Shown one piece after another: positions 9,361 to 19,153 of a stretch of DNA of 64,000 nucleotides; the stretch's first letter is position 1; each line of letters opens with the position of its first letter. A program made the position numbers and the translations under genes. This DNA is from Tortispora ganteri (lineage: Eukaryota), in contig PPNB01000004.1 in NCBI GenBank assembly GCA_003707115.1, positions 186,001-250,000 of the forward strand, in the 5' to 3' direction. Under the pieces are notes generated by a model, which was not told the origin of the DNA, did no database searches, and saw only the letters and a list, made by a program, of their open reading frames with translations.

Positions 9361-10539
9361 ATGTCATATAATTTTACTACTCCTATAAAACAGCAGACTT
9401 CATTCAATAGAAGAACACCAATAAAAACTGCATACAGAAGTCCAGAGGTAAATCTAACTGAAACCACCGTCGAGATATCTGATATCGTTTACGGCGAAGT
9501 GACCATCGATGACAAGGTCTTGGTAGATTTAATATCTTCCCCTGATTTCCAGAGATTAAAATGGGTTATGCAATATGGCTTATCGTCAACAATTCCGAAG
9601 ATAGGAGTATATCCTGTGTCGAGATATGAACACTCCATAGGAGCAATGTTACTAGTACGTCGCTTAGGAGGTGCGGTTGAAGAACAGATAACTGCTCTAC
9701 TTCATGATATTAGCCATACAGCAATGAGCCACACATTGGATGTGGCTTTTCCAGATGAAGGTGGGTCATTCCATGAAGTTTACAAATGGGAATATCTCAA
9801 AAGGTCGCAAATACCTCAAATACTTGAATCGCACAATTACGACTTCGAGGTTGTCTGCTGCGAAGAAAACTACCCATTGGTTGAACGTCCTACCCCAGCA
9901 CTATGCGCTGACAGAGTAGATTATGGTATTCGCGATGCAATGGTTTACAATTTACTGACAGTAAGTGATGCCAAAGAACTATTGAATGATCTACAGGCCT
10001 TCCCATCAGCTGACCTTACAGACCCCAACAGAGCCATAGTATTCAAGAATGCGAAATTAGCGGCCAAGTTTGCAGAAGCTTATAGAAGTACCGATGTTAT
10101 TGGATGGTCTGACCCTCTTAGCGGGGTGTGCTCTTCTATTATGGGCGAGATCATTCGTACAGCAGTCAAAGCTAACATTGTTTCAAAATTTGATCTTTGG
10201 ATAACAGATGATGAATTATGGAAGATACTACGTACGTCCAACAATGAGGATATTGCTACTTTGCTTTATCAATTAGACAACGTCGATAGCTGTCAGATAG
10301 TGCATACGCCGGACAGCAACACTATTATGCTTGAATTTAAACGGCGACGGGTCAACCCGCCAGTTCGTATAAGTTCGGAAAAGTCAATGCCGTTGAGCCA
10401 AGTTGCAGAGGAATTTTGTTCAGCTATGAGCCCATCCTCTTCACCATTTACGAAATTGTTCGTCAGATTGGACTCCAACGCTCCTTCTTCTCTAGGTAAG
10501 CGTGCCGCTCTAACTGACAATTCGGCTTTATCTGTGTAG
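9361..10539 (+). CDS. HD-domain phosphohydrolase, SAMHD1/dNTP-triphosphohydrolase-like
   Basis: FQRLKWVMQYG, SRYEHSIG, ALLHDISHTAMSH, FHE, ADRVDYGIRD. Confidence 0.85.
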   Translation: MSYNFTTPIKQQTSFNRRTPIKTAYRSPEVNLTETTVEISDIVYGEVTIDDKVLVDLISSPDFQRLKWVMQYGLSSTIPKIGVYPVSRYEHSIGAMLLVRRLGGAVEEQITALLHDISHTAMSHTLDVAFPDEGGSFHEVYKWEYLKRSQIPQILESHNYDFEVVCCEENYPLVERPTPALCADRVDYGIRDAMVYNLLTVSDAKELLNDLQAFPSADLTDPNRAIVFKNAKLAAKFAEAYRSTDVIGWSDPLSGVCSSIMGEIIRTAVKANIVSKFDLWITDDELWKILRTSNNEDIATLLYQLDNVDSCQIVHTPDSNTIMLEFKRRRVNPPVRISSEKSMPLSQVAEEFCSAMSPSSSPFTKLFVRLDSNAPSSLGKRAALTDNSALSV

Positions 10540-10717
10540 CTCACTTCAGCTGCAGCACTGGAATAGTGAAACATTTAATGGTAATACACAGATATTATTT
10601 TTTATTTTTATTTTGATAGAAAAAAAAAGTGCGTAGTTGCACATATATTCAAGAAAGCTATTTACAACTGCGAAATAGCTATAAAAATGACTGTTTCTAA
10701 ATTCTTTGTAATTGATG

Positions 10718-10722
10718 GCGGT

Positions 10723-10754
<32 letters not shown>

Positions 10755-10809
10755 TTTACTCAGTCACATTGTTATCTGAAGGTCCTGTGTTCAATCCACA
10801 GTCATCGCA
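10718..10809 (+). tRNA. tRNA-Phe(GAA) with 19-nt intron (10755-10773)
   Basis: Acceptor stem GCGGTGA/TCATCGC, D-arm TAGCTCAGTTGGGAGAGC, anticodon stem TCAGA/TCTGA with GAA at 10751-10753, T-arm CTGTGTTCAATCCACAG, downstream T-run Pol III terminator. Confidence 0.97.
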
Positions 10810-10880
10810 CTTATTCTTTTTTTTCTACTTCAAAGCAACAATTGTCTTTTTTGCAGTAACATAAATAAACATATGGGAGA

Positions 10881-11192
10881 ATGTCTAAAAAGCCATGGAT
10901 AGATGATTGGGAAACAATATCAGATGATATTGACTCTATAGAACCCCCTAAAGTGTATCCACTAGTTCAGAAGCCGATTCCCGATAATGATCAACTTGAC
11001 GCCAAATCAACAGAAGGGACGCAGGTTAAAATCTTATCGCGCAATCATAATATCTCAAAAGAAAATACGATATATTCAGAACTAGAAGGATTAACTGCAG
11101 ATGAAATTGAGTTATGGAAAGAAAAGAAACAAATGGAGCATGAAAGGCGCTATTTGCAAGCTCGAGAAAGAATATTGTTTGAAAAAAAGTGA
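10881..11192 (+). CDS. Small SUZ-domain-like (SZRD1-like) protein
   Basis: DDWE near the N-terminus, VKILSR, and ERRYLQARERILF match the SUZ pattern. Confidence 0.65.
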   Translation: MSKKPWIDDWETISDDIDSIEPPKVYPLVQKPIPDNDQLDAKSTEGTQVKILSRNHNISKENTIYSELEGLTADEIELWKEKKQMEHERRYLQARERILFEKK

Positions 11193-11265
11193 CTAGACTG
11201 CACTGTACATACTGGGAATTTTACTAATAATCATCAATATCATAATATTTTTTATATGCAAATAT

Positions 11266-12729
11266 TTACCATTTTGAACCATATGCTAAAGCAGCATTTA
11301 ATGATGGATCTGGTTTCACTTCGGTGAACTCGCAATCCAGAAAGCTTTCGGGCGGGATGCCTAGCTGTTCCACCCATCCGCGTATAATTTCTTCATCGAC
11401 AGTAGTGTTATCAATATGAGAATATATCGCATTCAGTCTGTCCAGCCACTCTTTGTCATTTATCCCGTCTGGCGCACCAATCTGACCCCCTCCGTTAACA
11501 CATCCTCCAGGACAGGCCATAACTTCAACATAATTCCACTGAGGTAGCACGTTATCTCGCCGACGTCGATTAGTCCCTTTCAACTTGCGTACAAGGTTTT
11601 GAATATTTCGAAAACCATATAGTTGAGCAGCGCGACCAAATACTTCTCCGGAGTCCTGATCTGCTACAACATATTCTATCGAATCACTGTTTTTACCAGG
11701 AATCACCTGAACATCGATGTTTCTCTGAGGGTATTCCTTATGCAGAACATTCAGAAAATTCTTAATGTTATAGTACAATGCACCACCAGAAGACGAACCA
11801 TCATGCGATTTCCATGCTTCTTTTGCATCTATCCAGTTAGCAGGTGCGTAGGTGTAATATGCATCCTCAGAGCTCAACTCCAACGCCGTGAAATCCATGT
11901 TTTCATTCTCCAAAAGTTGCACTATTTCTCGCGTAGTAATAACACAGTCAACATCCTTACTGCCAGTTTCATTGTCCGAAAATTCTTCTCTAGCAGCCTC
12001 CAATTTTTTATCAAAGCAAGGCATTATACTGACGTGATAGATCTCATTCTTTTTGCAACCTACCTCTTTGGCAACGATGTCTTTCAAAATTACCCCGGCT
12101 ATTTGCTGTGGTGATCGTATCTTAGACATATACGGGATTATATGTGGATGAGTCTTCTCCACGTAACATACCCATCCGGGGCACATAGAACATATAATAG
12201 GCTTGACATTCTGAGGGTCATGCGAATCACGAAGAATCCGCGATAAGAATTCATTAGCCTGTCCCATTAATGATATCTGACGAAAAGGTTCGAGTCCCAC
12301 AATATACTTAAATCCAAGTTTTTCCCCAAGCAGCGTCATAAGTTTTCTATCTGAATTCTCTATTGATAGACCAAAAGAAGCTGCAAAAGAGGCACGTGCT
12401 TGATGGCTTACTGTAGCAATAAAAACTTTGTTAGTGTCATCTCTCAATGCATTTAATACTTCCGTATGAGATTGTGAAGCCACCAAGACGGATTCTGCAG
12501 AGGTAATACAACCACTACAGGCTAGACAATCGGTCAGGCTTATTTGTGCAGGAGTAAGCGTTGTAGACTTTTCTGAACTAATTTCAAAAGCGGATCCATC
12601 CTGATCAAACTGAATTTCTATTCTGTTGTTCGAGTTATTAAGATCTTTCTTTGTCTCGATGGGTTTAATACATGCAAGTCCCGGAGTGATAAAATCATTC
12701 AAAGATTCTTCAGATAATATAGCACTCAT
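11266..12729 (-). CDS. NAR1: Cytosolic Fe-S cluster assembly factor Nar1
   Basis: LNDFITPGLACIKP, ISLTDCLACSGCITSAE, CPGWVCYVEK, MPCFDKKLEAAR, EVMACPGGCVNGGGQ, C-terminal W. Confidence 0.97.
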   Translation of the reverse strand: MSAILSEESLNDFITPGLACIKPIETKKDLNNSNNRIEIQFDQDGSAFEISSEKSTTLTPAQISLTDCLACSGCITSAESVLVASQSHTEVLNALRDDTNKVFIATVSHQARASFAASFGLSIENSDRKLMTLLGEKLGFKYIVGLEPFRQISLMGQANEFLSRILRDSHDPQNVKPIICSMCPGWVCYVEKTHPHIIPYMSKIRSPQQIAGVILKDIVAKEVGCKKNEIYHVSIMPCFDKKLEAAREEFSDNETGSKDVDCVITTREIVQLLENENMDFTALELSSEDAYYTYAPANWIDAKEAWKSHDGSSSGGALYYNIKNFLNVLHKEYPQRNIDVQVIPGKNSDSIEYVVADQDSGEVFGRAAQLYGFRNIQNLVRKLKGTNRRRRDNVLPQWNYVEVMACPGGCVNGGGQIGAPDGINDKEWLDRLNAIYSHIDNTTVDEEIIRGWVEQLGIPPESFLDCEFTEVKPDPSLNAALAYGSKW

Positions 12730-12981
12730 GAGATTTTAAAAAGTAATTATATAACACCCTAAAACTTGTCTTAGATCAAGTCAGAAACAGGGGGCAAAAA
12801 TGCTGGAAAGGTATGACATTAGTAATGGAAAGAACATGAATTCCAAAAAAAAAAAAGATTCGAAAAGTTCGGGTTAGGGGAATAATTGGGAAAGGATTGG
12901 CCAATGAGCGTTGGATCAAGAGATTCGCGGACGTTTCTACTTTATAATTTTCTTTCTTAGAGTGCAGAAAAAGCACAAAAT

Positions 12982-13389
12982 ATGACGACCACTTATAAAA
13001 GAAAGATCCATATTAGTAGTAATGCACTTAGTAGCATACTTGGTAGGAGGAAAGGTGGTGTGACTGGCACAAGGAAGAAATCAACGCAAAAACATATGAA
13101 CACAGTACAACGACGAAAAGTAGTTCCTGTAAAAGGTATTATAGATCAAGCAGAAGCGCGACGGAAAACTCTAGATGATCTTCAGAAACTCAGTGCCACA
13201 GATGATATACTTTCTAATATTTTAGAATCAGAAGAAGAGGAAGAGTTCACGAAAGATGAAGGTGTGGCCAAGTTAAGCTCATTGTCACATTACGAAAAAC
13301 ATAAAGATGAAGAACAATGGAAAGCGTTGACTCCTGGTCTTGCTCCTGTTGATTATGACACAAGCGAAAGTGAAGCGGAAGAAGACTAG
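12982..13389 (+). CDS. RRT14: Rrt14-like nucleolar/ribosome-biogenesis protein
   Basis: Basic N-terminus and C-terminal LTPGLAPVDY plus acidic tail, as in Rrt14. Confidence 0.65.
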   Translation: MTTTYKRKIHISSNALSSILGRRKGGVTGTRKKSTQKHMNTVQRRKVVPVKGIIDQAEARRKTLDDLQKLSATDDILSNILESEEEEEFTKDEGVAKLSSLSHYEKHKDEEQWKALTPGLAPVDYDTSESEAEED

Positions 13390-14848
13390 CAAAGGTTCAC
13401 TAAAATAATTATACCATTATCACCGAGTTGGTAATCTGATAAGGTCTTCGACCCGTCGAGCAAATTGACATCTAGTGTTGGACCTTCATTTTCGTTTTGG
13501 ACCATCAATGATATCGAAACTCCTTGTTTTAATTGGAAAAGCCTTTTTGAGACCATAACTATTCGGGTGATAGGCGTTGAACTAGGAAGCTGCTTGACAA
13601 CTCGATTTGATTGATACTGAAATGTGACTTTGATCCTTGATGTTACCGATATGGGCTGACGGTTCAGGGTATCATAGCCATACTTTCTGACAAGATAATT
13701 CCATAATGCTGTCGATTTGATACCATCGAATATAATTTCTCTGTCGATTAGTTTTTGAATGAAGAATAATTCAGAATCATGTCGCTCTGTTTGTGATATG
13801 TAAGTTCCATTTAGTTTTATTATCTGAGGCCATATTGATACAACGAAACAGCGCGCCCTTTCGGATTCTATTGCTGAAACAACTGGATTACGGAGAAATC
13901 GAAGTTCCTGTAAATTTGGAAAGACAGAAGAAACCGAATACATGTCTTCCCATGATGTAATCTGATTGTCACGCAGATCGAGGTAGCGCAGGTTGTCGTG
14001 CGATGTCGCACCCTGCATATTTTTGATCTGATTTTGCCCGAGATGTAATTCTTCAAGAGTTTCTGATATCAAAGGAAGCTGATGAATGCAATTATTGGAT
14101 AAATCTAGCGACTTGATAACTGAAGAGTTTAATGAATATGATGAATGACGGTTAGAACAGTCCCGTAGGTTTATGAGGTTAGGAAACAGTGAGACGATTT
14201 CCTTGCATCCGCGAGTATTGCTTATATCTAGAGATTGGACACCATACAGCGGTGAATTTACGTGAAATGGTGTTATGAACCTGTTGCCTTCAATAGATAG
14301 TTCACGTATAGTTGGATGATTGTTACAAATCTCATGTATAGGATCAAAAGACTCGAACAAATTGTAAGATAGATCCAGTTTCCGTAAAGCTCTCAGAGTA
14401 ATCTTATTTAACAAATTTACCTTGTAAATGCACTCATAGGACAAAGAAACAATTTCCAATTCATCTAGTATTCGCGCACGATCTAAGCCAATTTCCTCTG
14501 CGACCTTTGAACCAAATGTCACATTTGCAGATGAGGGAGGAATGCATGTATATTTAGAAATTATAGCTTTATAAAACTCCTTTCTTCTATCTTCTTGTCT
14601 TGAAGCTTTAATGAATGATCCTGAACCTTCAATCGTACCTAGAAGTTAGTGGATGTGCAACTGAAAAGTGACCTATGATCATACTTACAGGTAAACAGCT
14701 GTTGGCCTTTGTACATGCCAGAATGTTTTCCATGCCGAGGATCATCCCATTCTACACCTAAAGCATCAACATCAGGCCATACGTCTAAACGACCGCAATA
14801 TTTCACGGTACCCAGCTTTCCTTCATAAGATACGCGTCTGGGAAGCAT
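13386..14848 (-). CDS. PAC2: Tubulin-folding cofactor E (CAP-Gly + LRR + UbL); exons 14848-14689 and 14638-13386, 470 aa
   Basis: Exon 1 CAP-Gly GVEWDDPRHGKHSG; 50-nt intron GTAAGT...ACTAACTTCTAG (14688-14639). Splicing gives LFTC-TIEGSGSFIK in frame with the LRR ORF. Confidence 0.92.
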
Positions 14849-15005
14849 TCAGAATCAATCTAAGTTTACTCACGGTGATTAGCTCTAGTACGATATTAGC
14901 GAGGAGACATCTCTGGTATATTATATACTATTTTTCTGATTTACTATTGTTCCAACCAATAAATTGGCAAATCTATTTTAACAATATATTCGGGAGCTGA
15001 GGCGG

Positions 15006-16817
15006 TCAACAAAAAGTGTAGAAAATTCTTTTGTACAAGGGTTTCTGACGCAACTCCTCCCTTTCAAGCTCGAGCACCTTTTGAAACTCTTCTAGATCAA
15101 CTTCTCGACGGCCAGAAGTAAGATCAGCTTCTTTAGCTTTAACAATTGAACACCGATAATACAGCTTGTAAGCAATAAACAGGATAATGACAATCGGTAC
15201 AGTCAATAGTTTTCGAAAGAAGCTTTCAGCTGTCAGCTTTCCACTAACCGGGTTGCACACAACATAGAAGTCTAGTGCTAGAATGATAATATTCAGAACA
15301 AACCCAATGTAAGAGCCAATGACTCCAGGTCCACTCTTAAAGGGTATTTCGTCCAGTGAACGGTTCTGAAGTTTCCACGCGCGTCGGAAGTTAATATGTG
15401 CTAAGCAAATAGACGCCCAGGTAAAAATAGAAGATATCCCAGACGTGGCCATCATCCATGAAAAAATAATTTGCTGGTGCTTGGATACAGCTAGGAATCC
15501 AAATAATCCAACTAGTAAAGTAATGGTAGTCGCTACCAATGGCCTTCCTTTGCGATCCACATAGCTGACTATTTTAGGTGCCATACCTAGATTCGATAAA
15601 GCACAAAGAGTACGTGAGCATGCAAAAATACTAGAGTTTCCAACAGATAAAACTGCCACAAGTACTACTCCGTTCATAATCGAAGGAAGCACACGTATTC
15701 CAGAGTCTTTAATAGCAATAACAAAGGGAGAAGCTGAAATATCCACAGCGCCATTTCCAAAGAGACGTGGATCGTTATAAGGAACAAGTAGTCCTACAAT
15801 AAACAAAGATAGAATATAGAACAGTGCAATTCTCCAGAAAACTTGTTTCACTGCACGTGCCAATATTTTCCTCGGGTTTTTAGCTTCCGCTGCAGCCAAG
15901 CCAACTAGTTCAGTACCAGCAAAAGCAAATGCTGCAGTGACAAAAACTGCGGCAATCCCTTGAAAACCGTTAGCGAGAGGACCCGGATCTCTCCAGTATC
16001 GCGTTCCTTTATAACTGCCATCAGGTCCTGCTCCAAGGTCAAGACAAATTCCTAGAATGATAAATCCGACAATTGCTAAGACTTTTAGACCAGAAAAAAT
16101 ACATTCAGCCTCACCGTAGCCTCGCACCCCAAAGAAATTGATTACCACAATGAGCAACCAGAATATGGACACAAAAACAGCAGGCGACACAGAAATATTC
16201 CAGTACTCCATCGTTAAAGCGGCAGCAACAAGCTCCAAAGGAAATGCAAGGAGCCATTGAAGAGCAAAATTCCAACCCATGGCAAAACCCCAGGCAGGAT
16301 CAATAAATCTTGTAGAGTACACCGAGAAGGCACCAGGGACGGGGAACAGTGAAGCCAACTCACCCAGAGCATGGACCGTACAGAACAACATGAAACCGAC
16401 AATGGAAAAGCCGAGAATCAAAGCAAGAGGTCCACCAGTACCGAGTGCTGCGCCAGACCCAACGAAAAGACCAGTTCCTATGGAACCACCGATGGCAATC
16501 ATTTGCATATGACGACTCTTAAGAGCGCGGCTTAGAGGACTATTTGATACCATATACATTGAGGCTTCTGATTCAAAGTCTTGACCTGAGATTTTACATT
16601 TCTCTTCAATAGTTACCCGTTCGCTGTCTGTAAGCACATAAGGCTTAAAAGTGTCAGCAAACGATTTGATAAAGGTAGGTGTTTTAGTGCAGGCAGCGGA
16701 CGGTGCTTGGTTAACCGGGGAAACAATATCTGTATTGGAGGAATAGGAACCCGAAGAGAAGGACTTGCAAAATGAATCGCCAATTTTAGACGGCCCCCTG
16801 GGGTCAGTTGAACTCAT
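15006..16817 (-). CDS. GAP1: Yeast amino-acid permease (YAT/APC family), Gap1-like
   Basis: LKSRHMQMIAIGGSIGTGLFVGSG, RFIDPAWGFAMGWN, GVRGYGEAE, AAFAFAGTELVG, C-terminal FC; about 12 TM segments. Exact paralog uncertain. Confidence 0.8.
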   Translation of the reverse strand: MSSTDPRGPSKIGDSFCKSFSSGSYSSNTDIVSPVNQAPSAACTKTPTFIKSFADTFKPYVLTDSERVTIEEKCKISGQDFESEASMYMVSNSPLSRALKSRHMQMIAIGGSIGTGLFVGSGAALGTGGPLALILGFSIVGFMLFCTVHALGELASLFPVPGAFSVYSTRFIDPAWGFAMGWNFALQWLLAFPLELVAAALTMEYWNISVSPAVFVSIFWLLIVVINFFGVRGYGEAECIFSGLKVLAIVGFIILGICLDLGAGPDGSYKGTRYWRDPGPLANGFQGIAAVFVTAAFAFAGTELVGLAAAEAKNPRKILARAVKQVFWRIALFYILSLFIVGLLVPYNDPRLFGNGAVDISASPFVIAIKDSGIRVLPSIMNGVVLVAVLSVGNSSIFACSRTLCALSNLGMAPKIVSYVDRKGRPLVATTITLLVGLFGFLAVSKHQQIIFSWMMATSGISSIFTWASICLAHINFRRAWKLQNRSLDEIPFKSGPGVIGSYIGFVLNIIILALDFYVVCNPVSGKLTAESFFRKLLTVPIVIILFIAYKLYYRCSIVKAKEADLTSGRREVDLEEFQKVLELEREELRQKPLYKRIFYTFC

Positions 16818-17265
16818 CTATGCAAAAGAATAATGAATGAACGAATGAAGACACTTGCGACCAGGTGTAAAGGATGACAGGCAATATAAGGACCGAAAAA
16901 ACAATAACAAGATAGTTTGTTTGAAAATAAGATAAAGAAGGCTGGATACGAGCTCTCGAGTTAAATGAGTTACTTATAAACGACAGTAAACCCTTTAGGG
17001 GGTCTGCGTGTGATAGTCCCTGACAATAGCGGTAAATCATAGCCTAAATATTTGTTCAGGAACGTTGCGGGCAAAAAAGGGAAAGTAATAGGGACCCTCT
17101 AATTTAGAAGGTAAATAAACATGAAAGTTGCATATATTATATATGCGAGAAGAAATGTGTCAATTCAAGAGCAATATGATCATGATTTAAAAATGAAATG
17201 AATATGATTCGGCCTAACTGTGATAATATAGACAGTCATGCGCCCTTGGGGCTCAAAAAAAAATT

Positions 17266-17530
17266 AGATAAGAGCCATTTTACATCAACTTGTGAAAACC
17301 AAAAATAATCCATATTTGTTTTTCGAAAAACAAGGAAAATGCTTTCTAGGTTTGGTACCTTCCAAAAGGGGGTGCTGTAGATAGTCGGCCGGCTATCAGC
17401 CTTTGTGATGTGTGCCAGAAAATTAGGAACAATACTCAATTTGGAAAGGAGAGCGGAAGAGATAGAATCCAGCAATTGAGCAATATACATTGCATATGTT
17501 TCTGAGATTCAGCCGGTGATGAAGCTTATC
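17266..17530. promoter_or_regulatory. GATAAG (GATA-factor, nitrogen regulation) sites upstream of the permease
   Basis: GATAAG at 17266 and CTTATC at 17525 in the 1.26-kb upstream region. Confidence 0.4.
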
Positions 17531-18076
17531 AAAACTGAAGAACTCGAGAAAATTGAGATATCGCAAAAAGGAGTATCACACAGTGAAGTGCACGCCAAAA
17601 TAATGATGCCAGATCTATAAGCTGCTAATATAAGTAGCCCCTATATCTCGCCCCTTCTAGTAAGATACAAGTTGAAGCCAGGCAAAGCCTGACAACACGG
17701 CCGTATCCACTATTAGAGTATCAATCCAACAAACTCAGACAATTCGAAATGCCAGTGACAGCGCATATCGCAATGAATACAAGAGCGGAAGAAAATTGAC
17801 AAGACAAGCTACTAGAGTAGTCTAAACTTTCTAAGCCATGAGCATAGTAAGTAGGCACAGACATTAAACGGCAGAGTAGTTTATTTCAATGTGCCTCATA
17901 GTTACGACTGATGTGATTGCCGAAAAAAGATATGAATCAACGGAATAGTGATATCACATTGAAGTTTTGGAGCCAAGTAGAAGAAAAAAAAACCTTAAGG
18001 CTTGGACAGCACTGATGAAGACCGAATAAAATATCAAGCAAAGATGATCGATCAAAATAGAAAATTTAAGGTAGGA

Positions 18077-18946
18077 TCAAATTGTGCATTTGTGGTAAGT
18101 ATAATACGCTTTCAAGGGATATGTCCATTGCGATTTGAGGGGGCGAATGTTGAAAGGATCAAAGTTCGCCTTTTCAAGATTCTTAAGGTAATACTGGAGA
18201 GGTAGAGCATCAAGTATCAGGCAACTGTAGGGCTTAATCAGAGGAGTTTCAAGTTCTTTTATGAATGTTCTGGCTGTGATAATATGGTCATTTGCTCGTG
18301 TCGCTATTTCAAATAAACAGTCCTTTAGAGCATCAGTTGCAGCAGGTGATCTAATGAGATCTTCTTGACGAATTGAATATTTTGCGCAAAGGTCAATTGG
18401 AAGATTTATTATTCCATTTCTAAGAAGAATAGGAAATCCACGTAGCAGGGCAACTACCCCCGAGCATTGACCAATATTAGTTAGGATATGATCTATAGTT
18501 CCAGATATGCCAATTAATTCAGACTCACAATAAAGAAAAGGCGAAACGCAATTCTCGCCATTTTGAGTAACGCTATCTAGGTCAGCAAAGGGAGGATCAC
18601 CGAGTCTATTTTCGCGCGATCGAATAGCTTTGAGTATAAAATTCTTAAGGAGACTAGAGGATGGGTGTTTAGTTGTGGAATTGAGTAGCGCTAAAGACGC
18701 CTCTTGTGCAAATGGCGCACCATTGTATAATCGATTAATTTGATCTCTCCAAAATTGTAATCGAAGTTTACCAATTTTAGGCTCCGATACTTTACTGTTG
18801 ATCTGACTTAATTCTAATGATACTGCTTTCAGTCCTAAGTACCCATCTTTGATTGCGTTAGGGAAGAATGCTTGATTGATGTAGCTACCATAGTCTTGAT
18901 TCTTTAACGTAGTCAGAACTCTATTTCTGGCAGTATTTAGATCCAT
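18077..18946 (-). CDS. NDUFAF6-like (squalene/phytoene-synthase fold) complex I assembly factor
   Basis: First ATG at 18946; IGKLRLQFWRD, IGQCSGVVALLRG, LFEIATRANDHIITAR, LEKANFDPF. Confidence 0.85.
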   Translation of the reverse strand: MDLNTARNRVLTTLKNQDYGSYINQAFFPNAIKDGYLGLKAVSLELSQINSKVSEPKIGKLRLQFWRDQINRLYNGAPFAQEASLALLNSTTKHPSSSLLKNFILKAIRSRENRLGDPPFADLDSVTQNGENCVSPFLYCESELIGISGTIDHILTNIGQCSGVVALLRGFPILLRNGIINLPIDLCAKYSIRQEDLIRSPAATDALKDCLFEIATRANDHIITARTFIKELETPLIKPYSCLILDALPLQYYLKNLEKANFDPFNIRPLKSQWTYPLKAYYTYHKCTI

Positions 18947-19153
18947 AAGCAGTGGTAGAAACAAAAAAACAAAAAAGAAACAAATAAAAACGAAAAACAG
19001 ACAGGCAATGACTGAGCAGGCCAATATGTTTAATAGGTAGGGTTGTGAAAATTGAATAATAATGTTTCGTTGCTATGCCCGATGTATAGCTAAAGCGTGA
19101 AGCTGGTGCAAACCTTCCACTACTCTAATTCTATTTACCACATTCCTCCAGCT

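Noticed and set aside
16804..17040. 78-aa upstream ORF overlapping the permease start codon
   Set aside because: No evidence the transcript starts that far upstream; the composition looks like non-coding DNA.
17236..17490. 84-aa ORF in the permease upstream region
   Set aside because: No family signal; lies among likely promoter elements.
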